NCBI GenBank assembly: GCA_043807135.1 | Contig: JAZDGF010000003.1 | Span: 8,516 to 72,515, forward strand | DNA length: 64,000 nucleotides | Direction: 5' to 3' | Source of the DNA: Candidatus Levyibacteriota bacterium | Lineage (GTDB): Bacteria; Patescibacteriota; Microgenomatia; Levybacterales; UBA12049 | In this document: positions 19,736-29,111 of the stretch, in pieces | Position numbering within the stretch: position 1 is the first letter of the stretch | How the letters are laid out: every line of letters begins with the position of its first letter | Notes under the pieces: model-generated | Seen by the model: the letters and a program-made list of their open reading frames with translations, nothing else | The model's database searches: none | Told to the model about the DNA's origin: nothing | Program-made: the position numbers and the translations under genes

Positions 19736-20673
19736 TAAAGTATTACTCCTCTTGTCAATGCAACAATAATTAACATTACTAATGTAAAGAAAAGAATATG
19801 ATCTAGATTATGACCTGCGACTCTTACTAATTTTTTCTTTCTTACAAAAATTATATCTAAAACTAAAACTAAAATAAATAATAACAGAGCTATAAGCGCA
19901 AAATTTCTGGTAAACGAGCTTGCATCAACAATTGGTGTTTTTGCAGATGCAATTATAGAATTTCCTTTTATACTCTTTTCCTGAATAGGTAATGGAGTAG
20001 GCTCTTTAAGTTTTTCTTCAGAAGGTGTAAGTTGCTCTTTTTCAGATGATTCTACTTGTATATTCTCTTGAACTGTTGCCTCAGCCTGATTAACTGCAAC
20101 AACTGTTTGACCTGAGATAGATCCAAACATTTCAACAACTAAAACTGTATCTTCTCCGTTCAACTTCCCCTGCTCAATGGCAAAACCGACATTATTGTAT
20201 TTTCCGGAAAGCATATTATTTCTGTGTGTCGAACTATTCATCCAAGCACTTACTACATCCGAGGAGTTGCTAAAACCCCTAGCCAGATTTTCTCCTGCAA
20301 ATTCATAGTTATAACCTGCGGAACGAATAAAAATCCAAGGTGTTTTCCCATCAGGAGAAATATGAGACCAATAATCACCTATTAACATGTCTCTTGCCTT
20401 CCCTTCTGCTGCTCTTGAAAGCCTCTCGTCAATTACCAGGGGAGTAAGCCCCTGTTCAGCTCTTTTCTGATTTGTAAGTATCAAAAGCTCTTGAGAATCT
20501 ATTCCTGCAACAACTCCTAAAACAGATGGAAATGTTTTTTTTGCGTAGTTTAGAGAAAAGCCTCCAACAAAAAAAGCTAAAACAATAATTAAAAGAATTT
20601 TATGGTGAAGAATCTTAGCTCGATAATTATTCGAGTGATGAGGCGTAAAAAGATGAAGAAAAAATCTTCTCAT
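19735..20673 (-). CDS. CAP (SCP) domain membrane protein
   Basis: LTNQKRAEQGL, YWSHISP, AGENLARGF and WMNSSTHRNNML motifs; TM helices at both ends. Confidence 0.88.
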   Translation of the reverse strand: MRRFFLHLFTPHHSNNYRAKILHHKILLIIVLAFFVGGFSLNYAKKTFPSVLGVVAGIDSQELLILTNQKRAEQGLTPLVIDERLSRAAEGKARDMLIGDYWSHISPDGKTPWIFIRSAGYNYEFAGENLARGFSNSSDVVSAWMNSSTHRNNMLSGKYNNVGFAIEQGKLNGEDTVLVVEMFGSISGQTVVAVNQAEATVQENIQVESSEKEQLTPSEEKLKEPTPLPIQEKSIKGNSIIASAKTPIVDASSFTRNFALIALLLFILVLVLDIIFVRKKKLVRVAGHNLDHILFFTLVMLIIVALTRGVIL

Positions 20674-20685
20674 AAAATGAGTATA

Positions 20686-21585
20686 TCATTTATATTTTGG
20701 CTCTTCCAACTCCCCAATTTTTTTATCATTAATCGGTATATTTAAAAGCTTTCCTAAAGTGTTTGCAATAGAAATTCCAACTCTAAGTCCCGTAAAAGAT
20801 CCTGGACCTGTATTTACTCTTATTTTGCTTACATTTTTAATGCTAATTTTATGTTTTCTCAAAATTTCTTCAATTAAAGGTAAAACAACTTGTGCTTTTT
20901 GCACACTCTTATTTATTTTAAATTTTTTCCCGTTAACTATTAAGCCTGCCTTAATTTCTTTAGTTGATGTATCAATGGTTAAAATCACGTTTTTTTCTAC
21001 CTTTTTATTAATGTCTACTGCACCTCTTCTTAAAATCTCCCATGGTTCTTTTGAGCAATCTATTACCGTTGATGGTTTTTTTCCATTGCATTGATCTAAT
21101 AATACAAAGTCAGTAAGTTTTATTAACTCTTTATCTATCTCTTTAATTCTAAAAGGAGTTTTTTTATGAGAAAAGTTTGCAGAAGGACCCAAGACGGGAA
21201 CTCCTACGCCTTTTATTAAGTCTAGAATCAGTTTATTTTTTGGCATCCTTACACCTAGTGTATTTTTTCCTCCTCTTACTAAACTTGGAACTTTTATTTT
21301 GTTGCATTTAAGTATTATTGTTAAAGCGCCCGGCCAAAAAGGGTTTATTAGTTTTTCTAAAACACTTATTGGAATATCCTCTAAATAATCTTTTGCCATT
21401 TCTATGCTTTCTACCAAAACAGGAACTGCTTTATCCTTAGATCTCTTTCTTAACTTAAATAATCTTTTTACAGCTTTTTCATTGTCAATTCTGCATCCTA
21501 TTCCAAAAGCAGTATCTGTTGGAAATATTACAATTCCGCCTCTCTTTAGTATTTTTATTGCTTTTTTTAAATTTAAATTATTCAT
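20686..21585 (-). CDS. tsaC: TsaC (L-threonylcarbamoyladenylate synthase) fused to a short TsaB domain
   Basis: N-terminal PTDTAFG, KR..DK, FWPGALT, SANFS, PSTVID; C-terminal IDTS...GPGSFTGLRVG; ATG 21585 preferred over TTG 21597. Confidence 0.88.
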   Translation of the reverse strand: MNNLNLKKAIKILKRGGIVIFPTDTAFGIGCRIDNEKAVKRLFKLRKRSKDKAVPVLVESIEMAKDYLEDIPISVLEKLINPFWPGALTIILKCNKIKVPSLVRGGKNTLGVRMPKNKLILDLIKGVGVPVLGPSANFSHKKTPFRIKEIDKELIKLTDFVLLDQCNGKKPSTVIDCSKEPWEILRRGAVDINKKVEKNVILTIDTSTKEIKAGLIVNGKKFKINKSVQKAQVVLPLIEEILRKHKISIKNVSKIRVNTGPGSFTGLRVGISIANTLGKLLNIPINDKKIGELEEPKYK

Positions 21586-22021
21586 TTTCAAAATCAATTT
21601 TTTTTATTGTAATTTTTCTTTTATTCCCACCAAGATCTTTAAAAAAAATATCAATTCTTTTACAAGGAAGAAGTTTTTCCAGTTTTTCTGCCCACTCAAT
21701 TGCAATTATATTTTCTTTATTAGTAAATATTTCTTCTATTCCAAGACTATTAATATCATCTCCTGTTTGAATTCTATAAAGATCTATATGAAAAAAGTTT
21801 CTTTTCTTTAGCTTATATTTCCTTAGAATAATAAAAGTAGGAGAGATAATCCGATTTTTTATCCTCAAACCCTTTGCAAATCCTTGAACAAAAGTGGTCT
21901 TTCCGCTTCCTAATTCTCCATATAAAGCAAGTACTACTCCTTTTTTTATCTCCTTTGCCAAGTCTTTACCCAGCTTTTGAGTTTCATTTTTATTTTTTGT
22001 AATGATAGTTTTATTAATCAT
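21578..22021 (-). CDS. tsaE: t6A biosynthesis ATPase TsaE
   Basis: GELGSGKTTF, SPTF, HIDLYR and IEWAE motifs. Confidence 0.95.
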   Translation of the reverse strand: MINKTIITKNKNETQKLGKDLAKEIKKGVVLALYGELGSGKTTFVQGFAKGLRIKNRIISPTFIILRKYKLKKRNFFHIDLYRIQTGDDINSLGIEEIFTNKENIIAIEWAEKLEKLLPCKRIDIFFKDLGGNKRKITIKKIDFENE

Positions 22022-22862
22022 TTATTAACTCTTTCTTCTTAAATTTTTTAACTCCCAAAACTATACCACAGGCAGCAAAAAAAACAAAACTAATTCCTAT
22101 TAGTATCTTTCCCGTTTTATTATCATTTAATGCAAGCACTTTTATTTCTTTTTCTTTAGGTTTTTCAGAAGGAGTAATGCTTGCTGATAATGTACTCTCC
22201 CCTAAAACATCTTCTTTGGTCCTGGAAGGAACAATTGAATCAACCAGTTTTTCTAATGGTATTCTTGTATTTACAGCTGTTGGGGAATTCCCTGAGGAAG
22301 CCAGTGTTATTTTTGTAGGAGTTGGTGTTTTTGTTGGAGTAGGTGCTTTAGTAGGTGTGGATGTTGGAACAGAGGTAAACGTAGGTGAAGGAATAATCTC
22401 AGAGGAATTATTTGTTGATCCTTTTGAGGGAGTTGAAAAAATCACCCATTCATTTGATCCGTCAGTTTTTCTTCCAGCCGATTGACCTGATTACGGTGCA
22501 GGAATATCTTCTCCTAAGTCTCCATATTCTATTTTATCTATTATATTTTCTTGATTTGAGATAAGTAATAGCTTTATTAAATCTCCTGTTTTATTTAATT
22601 TATTTGACCAATCAAAGAACTTATAGGAATTTGGTGCTATTGTTTCAGAAAGATCAAGCCTGTTAGTTAAAGAATTATCTCTTAAACAATATAAGGAAAG
22701 GTCTATTGTCTCATCTCCACTATTGTATATTTCAACCCAATCAGGATTACTTTCTGCATCAGAGGAAAATTCGTTTATGAAAAGGGCTGCACTTACAATA
22801 CGTGTTTGAAAAAAGAAGAAATAAAAGAAAAGAACTATTAGCAGTAATTTAAAATAGCTCAC
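22014..22862 (-). pseudogene. Lamin-tail-domain surface protein interrupted by an in-frame TAA (22491-22493)
   Basis: ORFs 22491-22862 and 22014-22445 are in the same frame. Reading through gives DIPAP*SGQSAGRKTDGSNEWVIFSTPSKGSTN, which completes the LTD (INEF..DWVEIYN..LNKTGD), then an S/T/P linker and a TM anchor. Confidence 0.7.
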
Positions 22863-22908
22863 TAAATAGAGTATGGACTAATCAGATAAGTTTTTTCAAG
22901 AAACTATA

Positions 22909-24132
22909 TTATCGTAAATGCCAATAAAGAGTCATTTTCCCATTTGGATGGATAATAAAGACACCGTTTGCTCCGTCTCCAGTACAGTTTCTGCAAACAT
23001 AGGCTTGTCCTTCTTCTACTGCACGTATAGTAATATCTGAATTATTAACAATATCAAAAGCAGGATGAGGGTTTCCTTTATACATCCAGGCCCAGCAAGT
23101 CTGACCAAAGCCTTGAGAAATATACATTCCGCCTACAGACATCGGCCAATCAAAACTGCCTGAGCCTGTTGATTTTTTTCCGTTTTCGCCGGAACATCCC
23201 GTATCCCATTCAACCTCTTCAGTTTTTAAAACATTTGCCGGATTTTCATAACTAGAATAATAATTATATTCCTCCAGTGAAGAAATATTGTATACTCCAA
23301 AATGGAGATGAGGACCCGTTGAAAAACCTGTATTTCCCATCAGACCAATAGCTTCTCCTTTACTTACTTTTCTTGGCTCAGTAGTAACAAGTACAGTAGC
23401 TGCCTTTTGAATTTGTTGCAATTCTTTCAAAGCTTCTGAAAGCCTTTTTTGATATTCACTTTCAGAATTTCTAGTAACATTTAAAAGGTTTTCTTTATCT
23501 TTTTTCTCTTGATCAAGTCGTATGGTATAAGTTTCAAGGTCTTTTTTTAATGATTCTACATCTTGTTTTTTTTCTTGAAAAATATCTTTTTGATTTGAAT
23601 AATCTGTTTTTGCCTGCTGTGTATCAAATATTAACTGCCTATCATGCGCTTGCACAAGTTTTAAATAGTTTAATCTTGTGAAAAAATTGGATACGCTATT
23701 TGATGCAAGTAAAACTTGAAATGAAGGGACAGTTCCAACTTCATAAGTTGCAATTATTCTTTTAAGAAGAACTTTTGTTAATTGATCCAACCCTTTTTCT
23801 AAGCCGTCTATTTTTTTATTTGCAGTATCAATATCAACTGCAAGACTTAATAATTGCTGCTTTGTGGAATCAATTCTATACTCCGTAAGTTTTATTTGAT
23901 TATCCATAACCGAAATTTGTGAAGAAAGTGTTTTTGCCTGTCCTCTAACTTCTGATAACTTATCTTGAAGATCATTAATTTTATTCTGTAAATCTTCTAA
24001 GCCTTGATCGTTATATGGAGTTGGAGAGGGAGTGGGCGTTAAGTCAGAGCTTTGAGCAAGGATATTTCTAGAAGATAGCAAGAGTAAAACTATCAATATC
24101 GAGAGTAAAAATATTTTCTTTCTTAAACCCAT
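22909..24132 (-). CDS. Secreted coiled-coil protein with M23 peptidase domain (FtsEX partner; permuted M23)
   Basis: Signal peptide; PcsB/CwlO-like coiled coil; GNTGFSTGPHLHF followed by WP...HPAFD...YWHL; directly downstream of ftsEX. Confidence 0.85.
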   Translation of the reverse strand: MGLRKKIFLLSILIVLLLLSSRNILAQSSDLTPTPSPTPYNDQGLEDLQNKINDLQDKLSEVRGQAKTLSSQISVMDNQIKLTEYRIDSTKQQLLSLAVDIDTANKKIDGLEKGLDQLTKVLLKRIIATYEVGTVPSFQVLLASNSVSNFFTRLNYLKLVQAHDRQLIFDTQQAKTDYSNQKDIFQEKKQDVESLKKDLETYTIRLDQEKKDKENLLNVTRNSESEYQKRLSEALKELQQIQKAATVLVTTEPRKVSKGEAIGLMGNTGFSTGPHLHFGVYNISSLEEYNYYSSYENPANVLKTEEVEWDTGCSGENGKKSTGSGSFDWPMSVGGMYISQGFGQTCWAWMYKGNPHPAFDIVNNSDITIRAVEEGQAYVCRNCTGDGANGVFIIHPNGKMTLYWHLR

Positions 24133-24140
24133 AGCTCATA

Positions 24141-25007
24141 TTACTTTAGATATCTAAGTACTGCCATAAAGCTTGAAAAGGCACCTAGGATTATTGCAAT
24201 TAGAATTTCTATCCCAAGAAGTACAACAAAAAATACATAAGAAATAGGAAAGATAGGAATCCCTTTTAAAAATGAGCCAAGAAATGGAGATGCGTATAAA
24301 AGCACTGCTGAAGAAAACATCCATCCTATAAATGCACCTGCAACTCCGTAAAAAATACCTTCATAAATAAATGGCCATCGAATATGCCAACTAGTTGCAC
24401 CAATCAATTTCATAATTTCAATATCTTCCTTTCTTTGTGAAATCTTTATTCCAACTATGGTCACCATTATAAAAACAGAAGCCAGAGACAAGACAACAAC
24501 TAAAACAACACCTATTGTGCGAAGTGCACTTGTCCATGAAGTTAAAGTGGAAACAACATCTTTTTGGAAAATAACTTCCTGAACAATAGGTGATGATTTT
24601 AAGGTTTCAGATATTCCGGTTAAATCCTCAATTTTTATAGCCGATATCTCAAGAGAAGACGGTAAAATATCTGCAGTAACTAAATCTAATAGAAGAGGGT
24701 CGTCTTTATTTTGCTCTCTATAAATTTTAAGAGCCTCTTCTTTTGATACAAACTTTACGGAAGCAACTTTTTCACTTGCTTCAAGACTTGTTTTTAATGC
24801 ATTAATATCTGCTTGTTTTGCCTCGTTTTTAAAGAAAGCTGTTACTTGAGGTTTTGATTCAAAAAAACTAACAATTTTTGACGACCCCAAGATGAGAAAA
24901 GTAAAAAATGAAATAGTTAAAAAGGTTAAGGTCATAATTATTATTGCAGCAATTGCCTGATAAGGTGACCTTCTAATGTTCTTCCAGGAATTTTTAATAT
25001 GTCTCAT
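24141..25007 (-). CDS. ftsX: Cell division permease FtsX
   Basis: 4-TM topology; VSKEEAL, RKEDIEIMKLIGAT and PFIYEG motifs. Confidence 0.93.
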   Translation of the reverse strand: MRHIKNSWKNIRRSPYQAIAAIIIMTLTFLTISFFTFLILGSSKIVSFFESKPQVTAFFKNEAKQADINALKTSLEASEKVASVKFVSKEEALKIYREQNKDDPLLLDLVTADILPSSLEISAIKIEDLTGISETLKSSPIVQEVIFQKDVVSTLTSWTSALRTIGVVLVVVLSLASVFIMVTIVGIKISQRKEDIEIMKLIGATSWHIRWPFIYEGIFYGVAGAFIGWMFSSAVLLYASPFLGSFLKGIPIFPISYVFFVVLLGIEILIAIILGAFSSFMAVLRYLK

Positions 25008-25813
25008 TTAGATTCTCCTTTTTTGCTTTCTTTATCTTCTTTATCTCCTTTATCTCCTTTTTTACTATTTGCATCTTCGTTTTCTACTTTTTCTTCTTTC
25101 TTAGATTCTTTTTTTTGATCTGTCTTTACGTCTGTCTTTTTTTCGACTTTAACTTTACTATCTTTAGCTATCTTTCCCTTTTCAAGCTCAACAACTCTTT
25201 TTGATAAGTTTTTTACAATATCAAGATTATGTGTTGCTATCACAACAGTTGTTCCTTTTTCATTTATATCTGATAAGAGCTTTATTATCTCCCACGAAGT
25301 TGCCATATCTAAGTTTCCCATTGCTTCATCGGCAAGTATTATTTCAGGAGATAAAACCAATGCTCTTGCAATAGCCACTTTTTGCAATTCTCCGCCAGAA
25401 AGCTGAATAGGATATTTTTCTTTATGTTCTAAAAGCCCAACTTGGGCTAAAGTTTCCTCTGCTTTTTTTGATGCCTCATTGAATTTTGTTCCTACTACTT
25501 CGAGTGGCAACATAATATTTTCAAAGATAGTTCTATCCATTAAAAGCTTTAGATCTTGAAAAACAACTCCTATTTTCTTTCTTAAATGAGGAATTTTTGA
25601 CTTTGGTAGCTTTACAACATCCCAATCGCTTACGACAATTGTCCCCTCTGTTGGCAAGATATCCCTTATTAATAATCTAAAAACAGTAGTTTTTCCAGAA
25701 CCACTGGGACCAACCAAAAATACAAACTCACCTTTATCTATATCAACAGTTACATTAGAAAGTCCAAAAACTCCTGTCCCAAATTTTTTTGAAACCTTAT
25801 CCAATTTTATCAT
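25004..25813 (-). CDS. ftsE: Cell division ATP-binding protein FtsE with charged C-terminal tail
   Basis: GPSGSGKTT, IGVVFQD, LSGGE and LADE motifs; upstream of ftsX. Confidence 0.93.
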   Translation of the reverse strand: MIKLDKVSKKFGTGVFGLSNVTVDIDKGEFVFLVGPSGSGKTTVFRLLIRDILPTEGTIVVSDWDVVKLPKSKIPHLRKKIGVVFQDLKLLMDRTIFENIMLPLEVVGTKFNEASKKAEETLAQVGLLEHKEKYPIQLSGGELQKVAIARALVLSPEIILADEAMGNLDMATSWEIIKLLSDINEKGTTVVIATHNLDIVKNLSKRVVELEKGKIAKDSKVKVEKKTDVKTDQKKESKKEEKVENEDANSKKGDKGDKEDKESKKGESK

Positions 25814-25825
25814 TTTAAGAAGAAA

Positions 25826-26281
25826 TTACTCAATTACTTGAATTTTACCTACATCCATTAACCAACCTGCGTGCTGAGCTTTTTGAGTTTGTCCCCATAC
25901 CTTAATCTTTCTTTTAAGGTACTTGGAGAGATCAATTATTGATGACGTAAGATACACGTTTTGACTTACTCCTCCTGGTCTTTCTAAATGGAAGGCCCCT
26001 TCTCCTTCAACACCACCTGTTTTTAATACTCCTTCTGCTGTATCTTTAAAAGCCTTCATATTATCTGATTCTTCTGTTGTCCCTTTAGAAACGGTTGATG
26101 CAGTTATTGAATTTTTTATACTTGTTACTGTTTTTGAGCTTTTAGTTAAAAAATATCCTGTACCAAGTCCTAAAATTGCGACGACGACGACGACTATAAT
26201 AAGCTTACTGCTAAAAAAAGAACTACTTGAAGAATCAAAACTATTAACTAAATTTTTTTCTTTTTCTTGTATAGGATCCAT
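25826..26281 (-). CDS. Hypothetical membrane-anchored protein
   Basis: One TM helix followed by a small beta-rich domain; ORF track. Confidence 0.7.
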   Translation of the reverse strand: MDPIQEKEKNLVNSFDSSSSSFFSSKLIIVVVVVAILGLGTGYFLTKSSKTVTSIKNSITASTVSKGTTEESDNMKAFKDTAEGVLKTGGVEGEGAFHLERPGGVSQNVYLTSSIIDLSKYLKRKIKVWGQTQKAQHAGWLMDVGKIQVIE

Positions 26282-26330
26282 AGGTATGTATCAACATTTA
26301 GTAAACCATATTTCAGGGGATTTAGCAAGC

Positions 26331-27314
26331 TTAAAGCTTTCTTAATTCCTCGTCAATAAATCCATCAATATCACCATCTAAAACAGCGTCAGTATTGCTT
26401 GTTTTATATTCTGTTCGAAGATCTTTTACCATTTGATAAGGATGTAGGACATAGGATCTAATTTGATTTCCCCAGCCAGGTGTTTTATAGCCACCTTTTA
26501 ACTCTTCTTCCTGCTTTTTCCATAACTTTGCTTTAAGAATTTTAAGCGCATACTCTCTATTTTTTCCTTGATAGCGTTCAGATGATGCAACTACAACAAT
26601 TCCTGATGGTTTATGTTTAAGCCTTACTGCAGTTGATACCTTATTTACATTTTGTCCTCCGTGACCACCGCTTCTGAAAAAATCCCATTCTAAATCATCT
26701 TCCTTAACTTCTGTTTTCTCATCTTCACCAATGTCAGGCAAAACTTCAACGAGTGCAAATGAAGTTTGTCTTAAATTATCAGCATTAAAAGGAGATTGCC
26801 TAACTAATCTATGCACTCCTGCTTCATGTTTTAAAAATCCATATGCATTTTTTCCAGATACAGAAACTACAACGCTTTTTAAACCAGCTTCTTCACCTGG
26901 AGTTTCTTCAATTACTTCATGACTCCATTCTCTTCTTTCAAAGAAACGAATATACATTCTAGAAAGCATTTGTGTCCAATCCATTGCCTCCACTCCTCCC
27001 TGACCTGAATGAAGTGAAAGAATCGCGCCACCTGCGTCATAGGAACCGGAGAAGTAAAGTAAAACTTCCATTTCTTTAAGTAATTTTTCTGTTTCTTCTT
27101 GTTTTCCTTCCTTAACCAATCTCTGTAGTTCTTCAGCATCAAAAACTTCTTTTTGAATATCTGAAAGTTCTTTCATTTTATAAGCTGCTTTTTGATGATC
27201 CTTCCAAAATGAAGGACTAGCAACTTCTGTTTCAAGCTTTTTAATCTCTTGTTTTTTCTTTTCTATATCTAGGCTTTCAAGAAGTTTCTCAACTCTTTGT
27301 TTTAATTCATTCAT
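26331..27314 (-). CDS. prfB: Peptide chain release factor 2
   Basis: GVHRLVRQSPF (SPF) and GGQNVNK motifs; GNQIRSYVLHPY. Confidence 0.95.
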   Translation of the reverse strand: MNELKQRVEKLLESLDIEKKKQEIKKLETEVASPSFWKDHQKAAYKMKELSDIQKEVFDAEELQRLVKEGKQEETEKLLKEMEVLLYFSGSYDAGGAILSLHSGQGGVEAMDWTQMLSRMYIRFFERREWSHEVIEETPGEEAGLKSVVVSVSGKNAYGFLKHEAGVHRLVRQSPFNADNLRQTSFALVEVLPDIGEDEKTEVKEDDLEWDFFRSGGHGGQNVNKVSTAVRLKHKPSGIVVVASSERYQGKNREYALKILKAKLWKKQEEELKGGYKTPGWGNQIRSYVLHPYQMVKDLRTEYKTSNTDAVLDGDIDGFIDEELRKL

Positions 27315-28621
27315 TATCTACTCAAAAGGGCAACAAACATTAAAATAACCGAAGTGGTCATTACAATAAAAGTTGTTATAAGCAGTGTCTTTGATAGTTT
27401 TCCGCTTTGGTACTCTCCCATAATCTTATTATCCCCTGAAATTTTAATAATCACGAATATCAAAGGGACTGCTGCTATTCCGTTAAACACTGCTGTAAAA
27501 ACCAAAGCTTTTATAGGATCTATTCCTATAAAGTTTATTAAAAAACCAATTAAGGTAGCTGCAATTATAACACCATAAAAACCATAAGCTTTTTTTATTT
27601 TCAGATGCAATCCTTCTCTCCAGCTAAGTGCTTCTGATAAAGCGTATGCCGCAGATCCTGCCAAAACAGGAACTGCCAAAAGACCAATTCCTACAACACC
27701 CGCTGCAAAAATTGTTTTAGCAATTAGTCCTGAATTAGGGAAGGTGGAAACTAAAGGCTCAAGTGCTTTTGCAGCGTCAGCTGCTGTTCCAATATTAGTT
27801 ATTCCTTTACCGTTTAAAACTGAAGCAGCTGTAATAATTATAAAAAAGGCAATTAATTCGGAAAAAAGCATTCCTAAAATAGTATCTATTCTTATTTTTT
27901 TTATAAATTGTTTACTTACTCTTGGAGGTTTTATATGGGATTCAGAAAGTCTATTCTCTTTAATTTCTTCCTCAACTTCTTCCGATGCCTGCCAGAAAAA
28001 CATGTATGGGGATATTGTTGTTCCTAAAACAGCTGTTAAGATAAAAAAGAAAGAAAAATCAAATTCTATATGAGGAACAACAACTGCTTTTAAAACCACG
28101 GGCCAATTTTGTCCTGCAATAATTGCCGTAACAGGATATGCAAACAAGGCAAGCGCTAACCATTTTAAAATTTTTGCATAAGATGCATAAGAAGTAAAAA
28201 GCTCGAGTGAAAGCATAAAAACAGTAAATATTAAAGCCCAGTAAAAAAATGGCAGGGGAATTATTAAACGCATCGATTCTGCCATTGCACCAATATCTGC
28301 TCCAATATTTATGGTATTTGCAACAACTACCAAAGCTACAACCGCATAAAGCATTTTTTTGCTGTAGTTATCCTTTACCGCGGCAGCAATTCCTTTTCCT
28401 GTAACTGCTCCTATCCGAGCACAAGCCTCTTGAACAGCAGTCATTAAAGGATACATAAAAATAATTGTCCAAAGCTGACCGTAGCCAAATTGTGCACCAG
28501 CTTGAGAATACGTAGCTATTCCTGAAGGATCATCATCTGCAGCTCCGGTAATAAGACCTGGACCAAGAATTTTAAGAAATCTACTAAATGGATTTTTTTT
28601 ATATCTTGCTAAAAATTTCAT
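27314..28621 (-). CDS. NRAMP-family divalent metal cation transporter
   Basis: GPGLITGAADDDPSGIATYSQAGA and GTTISPY motifs; polytopic membrane protein. Confidence 0.88.
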   Translation of the reverse strand: MKFLARYKKNPFSRFLKILGPGLITGAADDDPSGIATYSQAGAQFGYGQLWTIIFMYPLMTAVQEACARIGAVTGKGIAAAVKDNYSKKMLYAVVALVVVANTINIGADIGAMAESMRLIIPLPFFYWALIFTVFMLSLELFTSYASYAKILKWLALALFAYPVTAIIAGQNWPVVLKAVVVPHIEFDFSFFFILTAVLGTTISPYMFFWQASEEVEEEIKENRLSESHIKPPRVSKQFIKKIRIDTILGMLFSELIAFFIIITAASVLNGKGITNIGTAADAAKALEPLVSTFPNSGLIAKTIFAAGVVGIGLLAVPVLAGSAAYALSEALSWREGLHLKIKKAYGFYGVIIAATLIGFLINFIGIDPIKALVFTAVFNGIAAVPLIFVIIKISGDNKIMGEYQSGKLSKTLLITTFIVMTTSVILMFVALLSR

Positions 28622-29001
28622 AAACTATCACAAATATTGTTACACATGCTTTTTGCTTGACTGCTTGGATATTTCTCTAAATCTTTTAGATCATTTATCA
28701 CTTTTTGTACTTGAGGCGAAGAAGAAGCAATTTCAATAACATCAATCTTTAAGGCTTCTTTCTTAATTGATTCTACTTTTTCTTGAACTGCTTTTTTAAT
28801 ATCCGGAATTTCTTCAGGAGTACTTATTCCTTCTACCTGTTTAATAGATGACTTAGGAAACGATTCAGTTCTAGAAAAATCATTTTCTGAAAATACATAA
28901 TATTTTAAAAATAGAACTAAGGCAATTACCCCTATTAAGACAAGAGCCGTGGTAAATATCTTTTTAATATCCCACTGCTTATCTATTTTTGCTTCTTTCA
29001 C
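28618..29001 (-). CDS. Hypothetical single-TM protein
   Basis: One TM helix; C-terminal CxxxC; GTG 29001 lies 7 nt after a TAGAAT box and is preferred over 29037. Confidence 0.65.
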   Translation of the reverse strand: MKEAKIDKQWDIKKIFTTALVLIGVIALVLFLKYYVFSENDFSRTESFPKSSIKQVEGISTPEEIPDIKKAVQEKVESIKKEALKIDVIEIASSSPQVQKVINDLKDLEKYPSSQAKSMCNNICDSL

Positions 29002-29111
29002 TAAGCTAATTCTATGCAATAGTAAATACTTTTGCAAACCTGTTTATTAAGTTTATCTTAAATTTGTTTCCATGCTTTTTTCTTAATACTTTATGCTTTA
29101 TACTTAATATT

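Noticed and set aside
22491-22493. Alternative genetic code or stop readthrough as the cause of the in-frame stop
   Set aside because: TAA, TAG and TGA all end conserved genes at expected positions in this window; this is an isolated case.
25004-25160. Low-complexity K/E/D repeats at the ftsE 3' end
   Set aside because: They encode a disordered charged tail; not a DNA repeat array.
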